Assembly: GCA_965223155.1 (NCBI GenBank)
Contig: CBDCVR010000015.1
Location: 1,184,001 to 1,248,000 of the forward strand
Length of the DNA stretch: 64,000 bases
Origin: Candidatus Multivoradales bacterium
GTDB lineage: Bacteria; Acidobacteriota; Thermoanaerobaculia; Multivoradales; JAHEKO01
Direction of reading: 5' to 3'
Position 1 is the first letter of the stretch. Every line of letters begins with the position of its first letter. The notes under the pieces are model-generated. The model saw nothing but the letters and a program-made list of their open reading frames with translations. It was not told the DNA's origin and did no database searches. Made by a program: the position numbers and the translations under genes. Below, piece by piece: positions 27,831 to 36,050 of the stretch.

Positions 27831-28613
27831 ATGCGTAGGTACATGAATTTCAAGGTGTTTGTGTCCGTACTGGTTCTGGGCATTGCCGCACTTGGCGCCC
27901 AGCCCATGTTCGCAGCGGCTGTGATCGGCCAGGTTGCGACCGGCTCGATGCAGCTCGACGGCGTTGCGGCGCCTCCAGGCACGACCGTGATGAGCGAGAC
28001 GGTGCTGGCGACCGGCCAGGACTCCGCGACGGTCTATCTCCAGAATGGGCAGACGGCGATGCTCGAGCCGGAAACTCGAGCACGCTTCGAGGTCAACGAG
28101 GGTGGCGAGCTTCTGGCGAGCGTGGGCTCGGGACAGCTCCTGGTGAGCCAGCCGAGCGGCGAGTACGTCCGCATCGGTTCCGAGGAACCGGCTAGCTTCA
28201 ACCAGGAAGGCACCGTCGGCGAAGGCGAAGCGGTCGAGAGCACGGTCACCATGTGCGAGTGCGCGGATCCGGCACCCAAGTGTGAGGGTTCCGAGGATCC
28301 CCTGTGCGTGCAGATGGATGACGGCTGCGACGACTGGGACCCGATCGAGGTGGCCCTGTCCGAGGTTGACGCCAAGAAGGCCGACGGCCTCGTGGTCGCG
28401 GGCAACAACGACCTCGGCCTGGACGGCAACTGCGAGGAGGAGATCCTGGTGCCGTTCTGGACGACCGGCAAGAAGGTCCTGGTCGGCGTTCTGGTTGCCG
28501 CCGGCGGCATTCTGCTGCTCGACGACGATTCGGACGACGCCGACACGGACGACGACGGGGGCCCCCAGCCTCCGCCTCCGCCCGCGAGTCCGGCCGCCGA
28601 GTCCGGCAACTGA
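27831..28613 (+). CDS. Secreted/membrane-anchored hypothetical protein (FecR-like beta region, six-Cys acidic segment, C-terminal hydrophobic helix, acidic/poly-Pro tail)
   Basis: Signal peptide ending PMFA; own promoter, RBS and terminator; C/G-ending codon bias. Confidence 0.75.
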   Translation: MRRYMNFKVFVSVLVLGIAALGAQPMFAAAVIGQVATGSMQLDGVAAPPGTTVMSETVLATGQDSATVYLQNGQTAMLEPETRARFEVNEGGELLASVGSGQLLVSQPSGEYVRIGSEEPASFNQEGTVGEGEAVESTVTMCECADPAPKCEGSEDPLCVQMDDGCDDWDPIEVALSEVDAKKADGLVVAGNNDLGLDGNCEEEILVPFWTTGKKVLVGVLVAAGGILLLDDDSDDADTDDDGGPQPPPPPASPAAESGN

Positions 28614-28636
28614 CGTCTTCAACGAGAAACGTTTCG

Positions 28637-28665
28637 AAAGGGCCTGCCGCGGCAGGCCCTTTTTT
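28637..28665 (+). terminator. Rho-independent terminator
   Basis: AAAGGGCCTGC-CGCG-GCAGGCCCTTT followed by further Ts, 24 bp after the stop. Confidence 0.85.
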
Positions 28666-28744
28666 CTTAAAGCCGCGTCTAGCTTGGACTCCTACCGAGG
28701 GCTCTCTGGCGAGAAGTCCGGGTGAGGATCGTAAAGTGGGAGCT

Positions 28745-30010
28745 ATGGCGGAACCGCCTCGTTCCCAGGCCGAGGGCCGGGCCGCTGCCCGGAGTAGGTT
28801 CCATTCCGGCTCCGAACACGGGCTCTACCTGCACGTGCCGTTCTGTTCGGCCATCTGTCCCTATTGCGACTTCGCCGTCACTGTTGGGGATCGGGACCGG
28901 CGGCGTCGGTTTGTGGCCGCGTTGGAGGAAGAGATCCGGCGCCGGGGGTCTGGCCTGTGGGTCGACACGCTGGCTCTGGGGGGCGGCACGCCCTCACTTC
29001 TCGAGGTCTCCGAGCTAGCTCGGATTTTGGGTGCTGTTCGGTCGCAAGTCGGGCTCGCCGGGATCTCGGAAGACGCCGAAGTCTCGCTGGAAGCCAACCC
29101 CGAGGACGTGACGCTCGAGGCGCTCGGCTCGTGGGCCGAGCTGGGGGTCACCCGACTTAGCCTCGGCGTTCAGTCCTTTTCCGATGCGGAGCTGCGGTTC
29201 CTGGGAAGGCGCCACACCGGTTTGGAGGCGCGCAACGCGGTCGCCGCGGCGGTGGCCGCCGGGTCCTTCAGCGTGTCGATCGACCTCATCTATGGCCTTC
29301 CGGGCCAGAGCGCGAAGGCGTGGACCAAGTCGTTGAATTTCGCAGCGGATCTCGCGGTCGATCACGTCTCCTGCTACCAACTCACCATTGAACCGGGAAC
29401 GCCCTTCTTCGTCCGCCGCAGCCGGGGAAAGCTCGAAGAGCCGCTCGATTCCTCTCTGACCGAGCTCTTCGTCACCACCCACCGCCACTTGGCGGAGTTG
29501 GGATTCGAAGCCTACGAAGTTTCGAACTTCGCCCGTACGCCCGGACATCGCTCTCGCCACAATGCCAAGTATTGGGACCGCAAGCCCTATCTGGGTCTTG
29601 GTCCTTCGGCTCACTCCTTCGACGGCACCGAGCGCTCCTGGAACGAACGCGACGAGGCGGCGTGGCGGCGCCGGGTGGTTTCCGGGGAAGAATCGGGGGT
29701 GGGCCGCGAGGTTCTGGACGAGTCCCAGATCGCGCTCGAGCGGTTGATGCTCGGCCTTCGGCGGCCGGCCGGCGTGGCGCTTGCGGCGATCGATCTCGAC
29801 GGCTCGTTTGAGAGCCGGAACCGGGAGCGGTTCGACCGGTATGCGGAAGCCGGCTGGCTCCGTCTCACCAGCGAGCGGAGCGGGCGCCAAGGGCGGCTCG
29901 TGCCTACGCTCCAGGGCTTGGCTCGGGCGGACGCCTTGGCCCGGGAGCTCGAGATCCTCCCGGAGACCGAGCCTGAGATTGGATCCGAGATCGGGACCAA
30001 GAGCCGCTAG
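28745..30010 (+). CDS. hemW: Radical SAM heme chaperone HemW
   Basis: YLHVPFCSAICPYCDF, GGGTPS, EANP, RLSLGVQS, DLIYGLP, YEVSNFA, HNAKYW. Confidence 0.9.
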   Translation: MAEPPRSQAEGRAAARSRFHSGSEHGLYLHVPFCSAICPYCDFAVTVGDRDRRRRFVAALEEEIRRRGSGLWVDTLALGGGTPSLLEVSELARILGAVRSQVGLAGISEDAEVSLEANPEDVTLEALGSWAELGVTRLSLGVQSFSDAELRFLGRRHTGLEARNAVAAAVAAGSFSVSIDLIYGLPGQSAKAWTKSLNFAADLAVDHVSCYQLTIEPGTPFFVRRSRGKLEEPLDSSLTELFVTTHRHLAELGFEAYEVSNFARTPGHRSRHNAKYWDRKPYLGLGPSAHSFDGTERSWNERDEAAWRRRVVSGEESGVGREVLDESQIALERLMLGLRRPAGVALAAIDLDGSFESRNRERFDRYAEAGWLRLTSERSGRQGRLVPTLQGLARADALARELEILPETEPEIGSEIGTKSR

Positions 30011-30099
30011 GCGCGCCCTGCCTCGCGCGGTGGTTCCGAGCGGGAAGATCGGGCTAGGATGGCGCGGCGTTTGGACCGTCCCCGATCCAAGGGATCTCC

Positions 30100-31119
30100 A
30101 TGATCGAGCCTCCGGAATACCTTCCCGACAGTTTGCCGAATGGGGGTGACCCGCCTGACCCGGACACGATTCGGGAGGCGCGAGCCAAGCTAGGCGAGGC
30201 GATTCGGACGACGCCGACCTGGACCTGGCGCGGCCGCCGGTTGGAGGAGCGCATCGGCGCTGGCACCGAAGCGGTTCTGAAGCTCGAGCTCTTGCAGTTC
30301 GCCGGCACCTTCAAGCCGCGGGGCGCCCTGCTCAACATTCTCGCGCTGGGCGCGGAAGAGATCGAGCGCGGAGTTACCGCGGTCTCGGCCGGCAACCATG
30401 CGATGGCGGTCGGCTACGCGGCGGCAAGAGTGGGGACCTCGGCCAAGGTCGTCATGCCGCGGAGCGCCAACGCCGCCCGCGTCGAGGGCTGTCGCCGTTT
30501 CGGCGCCGAGGTCATCCTCACCGAGGACGTCCATGCCGCCTTTGCCGAGGTGCGCCGCATCGAGAGCGAGGAGGGGCGCACCTTCGTCCATCCGTTCGAG
30601 GGCTTGAGAACGATCACCGGCACGGCCACGGTCGGCCTCGAGTGGTGCGAGCAGGAGCCGGAGCTGGACGCGGTCGTGGTGCCGATTGGCGGGGGCGGAC
30701 TCATGGCGGGAATTGCCGCCGCGGTCAAGCAGCTCCGCCCCGGCTGCCGGGTCATCGGGGTCGAGCCGACCGGCGCCGACTCCATGCACCAGAGCTTTGC
30801 CGCCGGCAAGCCGGTGGCGATCGAGCGGGTCGCCACCATCGCCGACAGCCTGGGAGCCCCGCATGCGGCTCCCTACAGCTTTACCCTCTGCCACCGCTTC
30901 GTGGACGAGCTGGTTCTGGTCGACGACGAGGAGATCCGGGATGCGATGCGACTTCTGTTCGACGAGATGAAGCTCGCGGTCGAACCCGCTGGAGCGGCCG
31001 CGACGGCGGCGCTGTGCGGGCCGCTCAGGGAATCCTTGCGCGGCCGGCGCGTGGGAGTTCTGGTGTGCGGCTCGAACATCGATTCGGCGAGCTTTCTCGG
31101 GTACCTGCGTGGCGACTGA
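30100..31119 (+). CDS. PLP-dependent threonine/serine dehydratase or racemase (no ACT domain)
   Basis: KLELLQFAGTFKPRGA, SAGNHA, PIGGGGL, VEPAGAA, GSNID. Confidence 0.85.
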   Translation: MIEPPEYLPDSLPNGGDPPDPDTIREARAKLGEAIRTTPTWTWRGRRLEERIGAGTEAVLKLELLQFAGTFKPRGALLNILALGAEEIERGVTAVSAGNHAMAVGYAAARVGTSAKVVMPRSANAARVEGCRRFGAEVILTEDVHAAFAEVRRIESEEGRTFVHPFEGLRTITGTATVGLEWCEQEPELDAVVVPIGGGGLMAGIAAAVKQLRPGCRVIGVEPTGADSMHQSFAAGKPVAIERVATIADSLGAPHAAPYSFTLCHRFVDELVLVDDEEIRDAMRLLFDEMKLAVEPAGAAATAALCGPLRESLRGRRVGVLVCGSNIDSASFLGYLRGD

Positions 31120-32026
31120 TGCGCGCTCCGCGCACGGTGAGGCCAGACGTCGCCTTGCCGCTTGGCGAACCCGGGGTCGCATGGTCTCGGTCTTGGATCG
31201 AGATGTGTTTGTCGTCGACTCCGGCGGCGAGGACAAGCCCGTGCTGCTCTTGGTTCACGGCTTTCCTACCGCGAGTTTTGACTTTCACCGGGTCTTCGAA
31301 GAGCTGGCCGCCGGCCACCGCGTCATCGCCCACGATCAGCTCGGCTTCGGCTACTCGGACAAGCCCCGCCTCTATTCCTACTCGCTGATCGAGCAGGCGG
31401 AGCTGGCCGAGGCCCTGTGGCGCAAGCTGGGTGTTGCGCGCGCACATCTGCTCGGCCACGACTACGGCACCAGCGTCGTGACCGAGCTTCTGGCACGGCG
31501 CGAACGAGGCTTCGGCCAGATCCCGTTCTCGAGCGTCGTTCTCTGTAACGGCAGCGTCCATCTGGATCTCGCCCGTCTGCGACTGACGCAGCGGGTGCTC
31601 AAGAACCCCTGGGCGGGCCCGGTGTTGGCTCGCCTGGCCGGGCCGGCGTTTTTTCGCCGCCGGCTGCGGGCGCTCTGGGGGCGGCCCGAGCTCGCAGACG
31701 CCACCGATCTCTCCGCGCTCTGGCTGCTTCTCGATCACAACGGCGGCCGCTTTCGTCTCCCGGCTCTCTCGGGATACCTGGATGAGCGGGTGCGTTTCCG
31801 CCGGCGTTGGGTGGGTGCTCTCGAGCGGCTCGACTTGCCCGCTTTGGTCCTGTGGGGACGCAAAGACCCGATTGCGGTCCCGGCGATCGCCGACGCCCTT
31901 GCCGGTGAGATTCCGGGCGCGGCCCGAATTTGGCTCCGCGAGGTCGGACACTTTCCGATGCTGGAAGCGCCGAGTGAATGGAGCGCCGCGCTCCGTCGCT
32001 TCCTGGTGTCCGTCGACGCCCGCTAG
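31109..32026 (+). CDS. Alpha/beta hydrolase (MEST/epoxide hydrolase-like)
   Basis: VHGFPTASFDF, GFGYSDKP, nucleophile GHDYG, GHFPMLE. Confidence 0.82.
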   Translation: MATDARSAHGEARRRLAAWRTRGRMVSVLDRDVFVVDSGGEDKPVLLLVHGFPTASFDFHRVFEELAAGHRVIAHDQLGFGYSDKPRLYSYSLIEQAELAEALWRKLGVARAHLLGHDYGTSVVTELLARRERGFGQIPFSSVVLCNGSVHLDLARLRLTQRVLKNPWAGPVLARLAGPAFFRRRLRALWGRPELADATDLSALWLLLDHNGGRFRLPALSGYLDERVRFRRRWVGALERLDLPALVLWGRKDPIAVPAIADALAGEIPGAARIWLREVGHFPMLEAPSEWSAALRRFLVSVDAR

Positions 32027-32040
32027 CCGGTTAGGGCAAG

Positions 32041-32745
32041 CTATCCGGCGGCCGCGTCCGCCAGACGGGCCGGCTTCGGGACCGCCCCGAAGCGCCGTTC
32101 GCGGCCCTCGAAATCGGCGACGGCTCGTGCCAGGTCGGAGGCGGAAAAGTCGGGCCAGAGGACCGGTGTGAAATAGAGCTCGGCGTAGGCGCTCTCCCAG
32201 AGGAGAAAATCGGAGAGCCGCTGGTCGCCGCCGGTGCGCACCACGAGATCCACTGGCCCCGCGGGTACGCTGGCGTTCATGGCGCGATCCAGAGCCTTGC
32301 GGAAGTCCCGCCGTGTCGGACCGCCGAGCCGCTGGGCGGCGCAAAGCAGGGAGTGACGGGCCGAGTAGTCGATGGCGATTCGAAGGAGCAGCCTGGTGCC
32401 TCCGGCGGTTCGCCGCTCGGCGTCGCCGATGGCGGCAAGGAGCGGGCGGCTCAGGCGGTCGCGGCGACCGATGACGTCGAGACGCGCCCCGTTGTCGCGG
32501 AGCTCGTTCACACGCTGCGTTAGGAATTCCCGCAGCAGGCCCATCAGCGCCGAGACCTCGCCTCGAGGCCGGCGCCAGTTGTCCGACGAGAACGCGTAGA
32601 GCGTCAGGGCCTCGATGCCGAGGTCCGGAGCGGCGCGCACCACCCGTTCGGCGGCGTCAGCGCCGCGCCGGTGTCCCCAGCTGCGGGCGCGGCCGTGCGA
32701 GCGGGCCCAACGGCCGTTGCCGTCCATGATGATCGCTACGTGCAT
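32041..32745 (-). CDS. uppS: cis-Prenyltransferase (undecaprenyl diphosphate synthase family)
   Basis: HVAIIMDGNGRWA, LYAFSSDNWRRP, DLVVRTGGDQRLSDFLLWESAYAELYF, LWPDF, ERRFG. Confidence 0.9.
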   Translation of the reverse strand: MHVAIIMDGNGRWARSHGRARSWGHRRGADAAERVVRAAPDLGIEALTLYAFSSDNWRRPRGEVSALMGLLREFLTQRVNELRDNGARLDVIGRRDRLSRPLLAAIGDAERRTAGGTRLLLRIAIDYSARHSLLCAAQRLGGPTRRDFRKALDRAMNASVPAGPVDLVVRTGGDQRLSDFLLWESAYAELYFTPVLWPDFSASDLARAVADFEGRERRFGAVPKPARLADAAAG

Positions 32746-32808
32746 CGTCGGGTCCTTTCGGTAGTGGCTGAGGTGGGCGAAGAGCCGGATTCGGGCGTCG
32801 GCCGGCAG

Positions 32809-32825
32809 ACTTTGAATCGCAAAGT
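32809..32825. promoter_or_regulatory. Palindromic candidate operator ACTTTG-N5-CAAAGT
   Basis: Perfect 6-bp inverted repeat between the wHTH gene and uppS; degenerate copy at 33877-33893. Confidence 0.6.
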
Positions 32826-32842
32826 GAGCGGCGAAAAACGAT

Positions 32843-33226
32843 TCACCCGCGGGTCGCGGTGATGATGGCTTCCATGTGGTCGAGGTAGCGCTCGAGCGCC
32901 TTGCGGCCCTTGGCGCTGATCCGGTACTCGGTCTTGGGCATGCGCCCCTCGAAGGACTTCGAGCAGCGCACGTATCCGGCGTCCTCGAGCTTGCGAGCGT
33001 GGACGCTCAGATTGCCGTCGGTCGTCTCCAGCAGATCCCGGAGCGCCGAGAACGTCATCGAATCGTTGACCGCCAGAGCGCTCAAGATGCCGAGCCGGAC
33101 GCGTTCGTAGACGAGCCGGTCGAACTCGCGAGCGTGCGAGTCCGCCAGGTACCCGGCCACGGTTTCGAGCCGCCGCTTCTTGCCCGAGCTGCCCGGCTTC
33201 TTGGTCACCGTTCCCGATCTAGCCAC
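32843..33226 (-). CDS. Winged-helix transcriptional regulator (ArsR/MarR-like)
   Basis: DRLVYERVRLGILSAL..TDGNLSVHARKLEDAGYV..KSFEGRMPKTEY; RBS GGAGG 4 nt before GTG 33226. Confidence 0.85.
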   Translation of the reverse strand: MARSGTVTKKPGSSGKKRRLETVAGYLADSHAREFDRLVYERVRLGILSALAVNDSMTFSALRDLLETTDGNLSVHARKLEDAGYVRCSKSFEGRMPKTEYRISAKGRKALERYLDHMEAIITATRG

Positions 33227-33836
33227 CGTACCTCCGCGCGATGACGGCGCCGAAGACGAGGTGGAGTCCCCCAAAGCCCGCGGCCAGGAGGCCGTTGGTC
33301 CAGCCAATCGGACCCAAGAAGGCGACAACCCCGAGCACCATGAAGCATGCCCCCAGGACCGGAATCGGCTTGACCGAGAAGGCCCCGCCCGAAACCACGG
33401 CCACTCCGTACAAGAGAAGCCAGGTGCCGGGGATGAGATCGGCCCGCTCGGCTACGTTCAAGACGTAGGTCAGGATCGCCGCGGCGGTCAGCGCCGGAAC
33501 CAGATTGAGCAGAAAGCGCCGGCCTACGCCGCTTGCGAGAGCCTCGCCCCGGGTACTCGCTTTGCGCCACAAGGCCCAGCCTCCCAGGCTGGCGGCCAGC
33601 ATCGCAGCCAGGAGCCAGGCGGCAAGCCAGTCCTCCGGGCTCTGATGGACCGCTGCCGCCGCGGCCAGGCCGATGAGACCCATGCCGACGCCGCCCCAGC
33701 CGGGTACCGAGGTAAACCGGCGGGAAGACTCCATGGCCTTGCGCATGAAGGTCAGATGGTCGAGTGCCCGCTGGTGCATCTCGACCGGACCTTGGGTGTG
33801 CTGCACCTGGGGTTCGCTGATCGGTGCGTGGTTCAT
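33219..33836 (-). CDS. Hypothetical membrane protein (about 6 TM)
   Basis: ALDHLTFMRKAME..FTSVPGWG N-term, WLLLYG, GFGGLHLVFG..ARRYGG end; overlaps the regulator start. Confidence 0.75.
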   Translation of the reverse strand: MNHAPISEPQVQHTQGPVEMHQRALDHLTFMRKAMESSRRFTSVPGWGGVGMGLIGLAAAAAVHQSPEDWLAAWLLAAMLAASLGGWALWRKASTRGEALASGVGRRFLLNLVPALTAAAILTYVLNVAERADLIPGTWLLLYGVAVVSGGAFSVKPIPVLGACFMVLGVVAFLGPIGWTNGLLAAGFGGLHLVFGAVIARRYGG

Positions 33837-33845
33837 CCCCGGCAG

Positions 33846-33893
33846 AACGTAGCGTCCTTCTGTGGGTGTGTCAAGTACTCTCTGATGCAAAGC
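33846..33893 (-). promoter_or_regulatory. Sigma70-type promoter with adjacent operator-like site
   Basis: Minus strand TTGACA (33874-69), 17 bp, TACGTT (33851-46), ATG 33836; ACTCTC-N5-CAAAGC at 33877-33893. Confidence 0.65.
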
Positions 33894-33955
33894 AGATCAG
33901 AGAGAACCCGTCGGTCGGAGCGACCCGACGACCCCGACGTCTTCCGACCTCGCCG

Positions 33956-34327
33956 CTACTCGGAGTCCCGGTGAGCGAGACCCGGAGAGAAGGCCGGGAA
34001 GCACACCGCGTAGTACTCGCTCTCGCCGTCGAATGGATTGCTGTGCCGCACCCGGACTCCGGGCTCGGTCCAGATCGCCTCGCCCGGTCCGACGTCGGCG
34101 GTCTCGTCTTCGACCTCGATGCGCATGCGCCCGCGGAGGACGAGGGTGAGCTCGCCGAACTCCGGGGTTTGGTGGGGCTCGTGCCAACCCGGCGGCGCGA
34201 CCATGTGGGCGAGACTCATGGCTTCGGTGCCGGTGTGGACTCTGCCGATGAGCTCGTCGATGCGCTTGCCGCCGGGTACGGGGATCTGCGTGGCTGAGAT
34301 GGCGTGGACGTACTTTGCTTCAGTCAT
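33956..34327 (-). CDS. Cupin domain protein
   Basis: [44 protein letters not shown]. Confidence 0.8.
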   Translation of the reverse strand: MTEAKYVHAISATQIPVPGGKRIDELIGRVHTGTEAMSLAHMVAPPGWHEPHQTPEFGELTLVLRGRMRIEVEDETADVGPGEAIWTEPGVRVRHSNPFDGESEYYAVCFPAFSPGLAHRDSE

Positions 34328-34516
34328 CGGCGCCCTTCTACCACGGATGTGGCAACGTCACCGAGAACCTCGCGGCCTTCAGTGCCGTAGACTCTTTGTC
34401 GGCTGAGCCGGCCGGCTCGCCATTGACTTAGGCGCCGTTGGGAGGCGGACGACGCATCGCTCGGGCGTCGCCGGCTCGAGACGGATGCATGAACAGAACC
34501 TCCAGGAGAACTCCAG

Positions 34517-36022
34517 ATGAGAACCTTGTTGATCGCTTCTCTGGCGGCCATGGTCGCGGCTACCGCGGCGCCGGCCCAAGACCTCGAACGCTTTGAGAAG
34601 CGCCTGACCGAGCACCGGCTCGACAACGGCTTGACCTTTCTCATCTACGAGCGGCCGGGGGCGCCGGTGGCGTCGTTCTACACCTATGTGAACGCCGGCT
34701 CGGCCCAGGAGGTGGCCGGCATTACCGGTCTTGCCCACATGTTCGAGCACATGGCCTTCAAGGGCACGTCCAAGATCGGCACCCGCGACTTCGAGGCCGA
34801 GCGCCGGGCTCTCGAGGCCATCGACAAGGCCTATGCCGCCTACGACCGCGAGCGGCGCCGGCCGACTGGCCCGGACTCCGAGCGCCAGGCCGAGCTCGAG
34901 AGGGCCTGGAAGGACGCGCGCGAAGCCGCCACCGAGTATCTGCGGCGCGACGAGTTCAGCGAGATCATCGACCGTGCCGGCGGCGTTGGCTTGAACGCCT
35001 CGACCGGCTCGGACCGGACCGACTACTACTACTCGTTGCCGGCCAACAAGGTCGAGCTCTGGGCGCATCTCGAATCCGAGCGTTTCCTGGATCCCGTGCT
35101 GCGCGAGTTCTACACCGAGCGCGATGTGGTCATGGAAGAGCGCCGCCTGCGGGTCGATAGCCAGCCGGTCGGCCGTCTGGTCGAGCAGCTGCTGGCCGCG
35201 GCCTTCACCGCACATCCCTACGGCTATTCGGGCATCGGCTACATGAGCGATCTCGAGTCCTTCTCGCGCGAGGACGCGCTGGCTTTCTACGAGACGTACT
35301 ACACGCCGTCCAACATGATCATCTCGATTGTCGGGGCGGTGGACGCCGCCGAGCTGGTACCGCTTCTGGAGCGGTATTTCGGCCGGCTGCCGAAGGGCCC
35401 CGAGCCGCCGCCGCTCAGGACGGTCGAGCCCGAGCAGATCGCCGAACGAGTGGTCCGGATTCCCGACCGGGCGCAGCCGATCTACGCCGAAGGGTATCTG
35501 CGGCCGGCGATCACCCATCCCGACAACGCCGTCTACGACGCCATCGCCGACGTGCTCTCGACCGGCCGCACGTCGCGTCTCTACAGAAGCTTGGTCCGGG
35601 ACCGGAAGATCGCGGCCCAGACCGGAGCCTTCAACGGCTTCCCGGGGAGCAAGTACCAGAATCTGATGCTGGCCTTCGCCTTTCCCACGCCCGGACATTC
35701 CAACGAGGACGTCCAGGAGGCGATCCACGCGGAGATCGAGCGGCTGAAGACCGAGCTCATCTCCGAGGAAGAGCTGGCGATGGTCAAGACCCGAGCCAAG
35801 GCCGGCCTGGTTCGCTCCCTGGCGAGCAACACAGGCATCGGCCGCCAGCTCGCCTCCTATCAGGCGCTGTTCGGAGACTGGCGAGAGCTCTTCCGTAGTG
35901 TCGATCGGATCGAACAGGTGACCACCGATGACGTCCAGCGGGTCGCCCGCGAGGTTTTCCAGCCGACCAACCGCACCGCAGCGATGATCGTCAACGAACC
36001 GTCCGGTGAGGACGACGGCTAG
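34517..36022 (+). CDS. M16 (pitrilysin-family) zinc peptidase, catalytic subunit, secreted
   Basis: Signal peptide; LDNGL; HXXEH (AHMFEHMAFKG); NASTG.D.T.YY; EERR; HPY; RBS AGGAG. Confidence 0.9.
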   Translation: MRTLLIASLAAMVAATAAPAQDLERFEKRLTEHRLDNGLTFLIYERPGAPVASFYTYVNAGSAQEVAGITGLAHMFEHMAFKGTSKIGTRDFEAERRALEAIDKAYAAYDRERRRPTGPDSERQAELERAWKDAREAATEYLRRDEFSEIIDRAGGVGLNASTGSDRTDYYYSLPANKVELWAHLESERFLDPVLREFYTERDVVMEERRLRVDSQPVGRLVEQLLAAAFTAHPYGYSGIGYMSDLESFSREDALAFYETYYTPSNMIISIVGAVDAAELVPLLERYFGRLPKGPEPPPLRTVEPEQIAERVVRIPDRAQPIYAEGYLRPAITHPDNAVYDAIADVLSTGRTSRLYRSLVRDRKIAAQTGAFNGFPGSKYQNLMLAFAFPTPGHSNEDVQEAIHAEIERLKTELISEEELAMVKTRAKAGLVRSLASNTGIGRQLASYQALFGDWRELFRSVDRIEQVTTDDVQRVAREVFQPTNRTAAMIVNEPSGEDDG

Positions 36023-36050
36023 CTCGAGAGGCGGCCGAGAGGAGACAACC

